Below are positions 63,883 through 64,000 of a stretch of 64,000 nucleotides of DNA, in pieces (the first letter of the stretch is position 1; the number at the start of each line of letters is the position of its first letter). A program made the position numbers and the translations under genes. Where the stretch lies: the NCBI GenBank assembly GCA_008632985.1, contig QPGO01000082.1, positions 248,001-312,000 on the forward strand, written 5' to 3'. Below the pieces are notes generated by a model that was not told the DNA's origin, searched no databases, and was given only the letters and a program-made list of their open reading frames with translations. The stretch is from Psammoneis japonica. Taxonomy: Eukaryota.

Positions 63883-64000
63883 CGTTCGTTTGGCAACTGT
63901 TGTGATTGGTCGTTGTATGTTATCGATTGCCAATTTATGCTTATGACTTGAAAGCTTGCGATTTATGAGCACTTGGTGAGAAAAATGAAGTGGCGAAGCG

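Overview
Eukaryotic DNA, most likely a pennate diatom (inferred from a plastid-type DUF3593/Ycf49 fusion, diatom-style Copia/Gypsy elements and short GT-AG introns). Ordinary host genes (TDP1-like, DUF3593-DUF2499, alpha/beta hydrolase, two ARM paralogues, CWC22, SnoaL-like, ARP4, ornithine cyclodeaminase, MsrB-like) alternate with transposon-derived blocks: a full-length Gypsy (16316-21492), a full-length Copia (54469-61579), Copia gag relics, a tyrosine-recombinase relic and tandem arrays. The main signal is that repeat DNA, and not host genes, has lost nearly all TpA dinucleotides through TA->TG/CA (sometimes CG) changes, i.e. A:T->G:C on both strands. Conserved Tyr residues become Cys or His, and paired LTRs and tandem copies differ almost only at ancestral TA sites. 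This looks like a repeat-targeted hypermutation system running opposite to fungal RIP. Many host genes carry single-base frameshifts, probably consensus errors, so a sequencing artefact must be excluded. Counts were made by eye.
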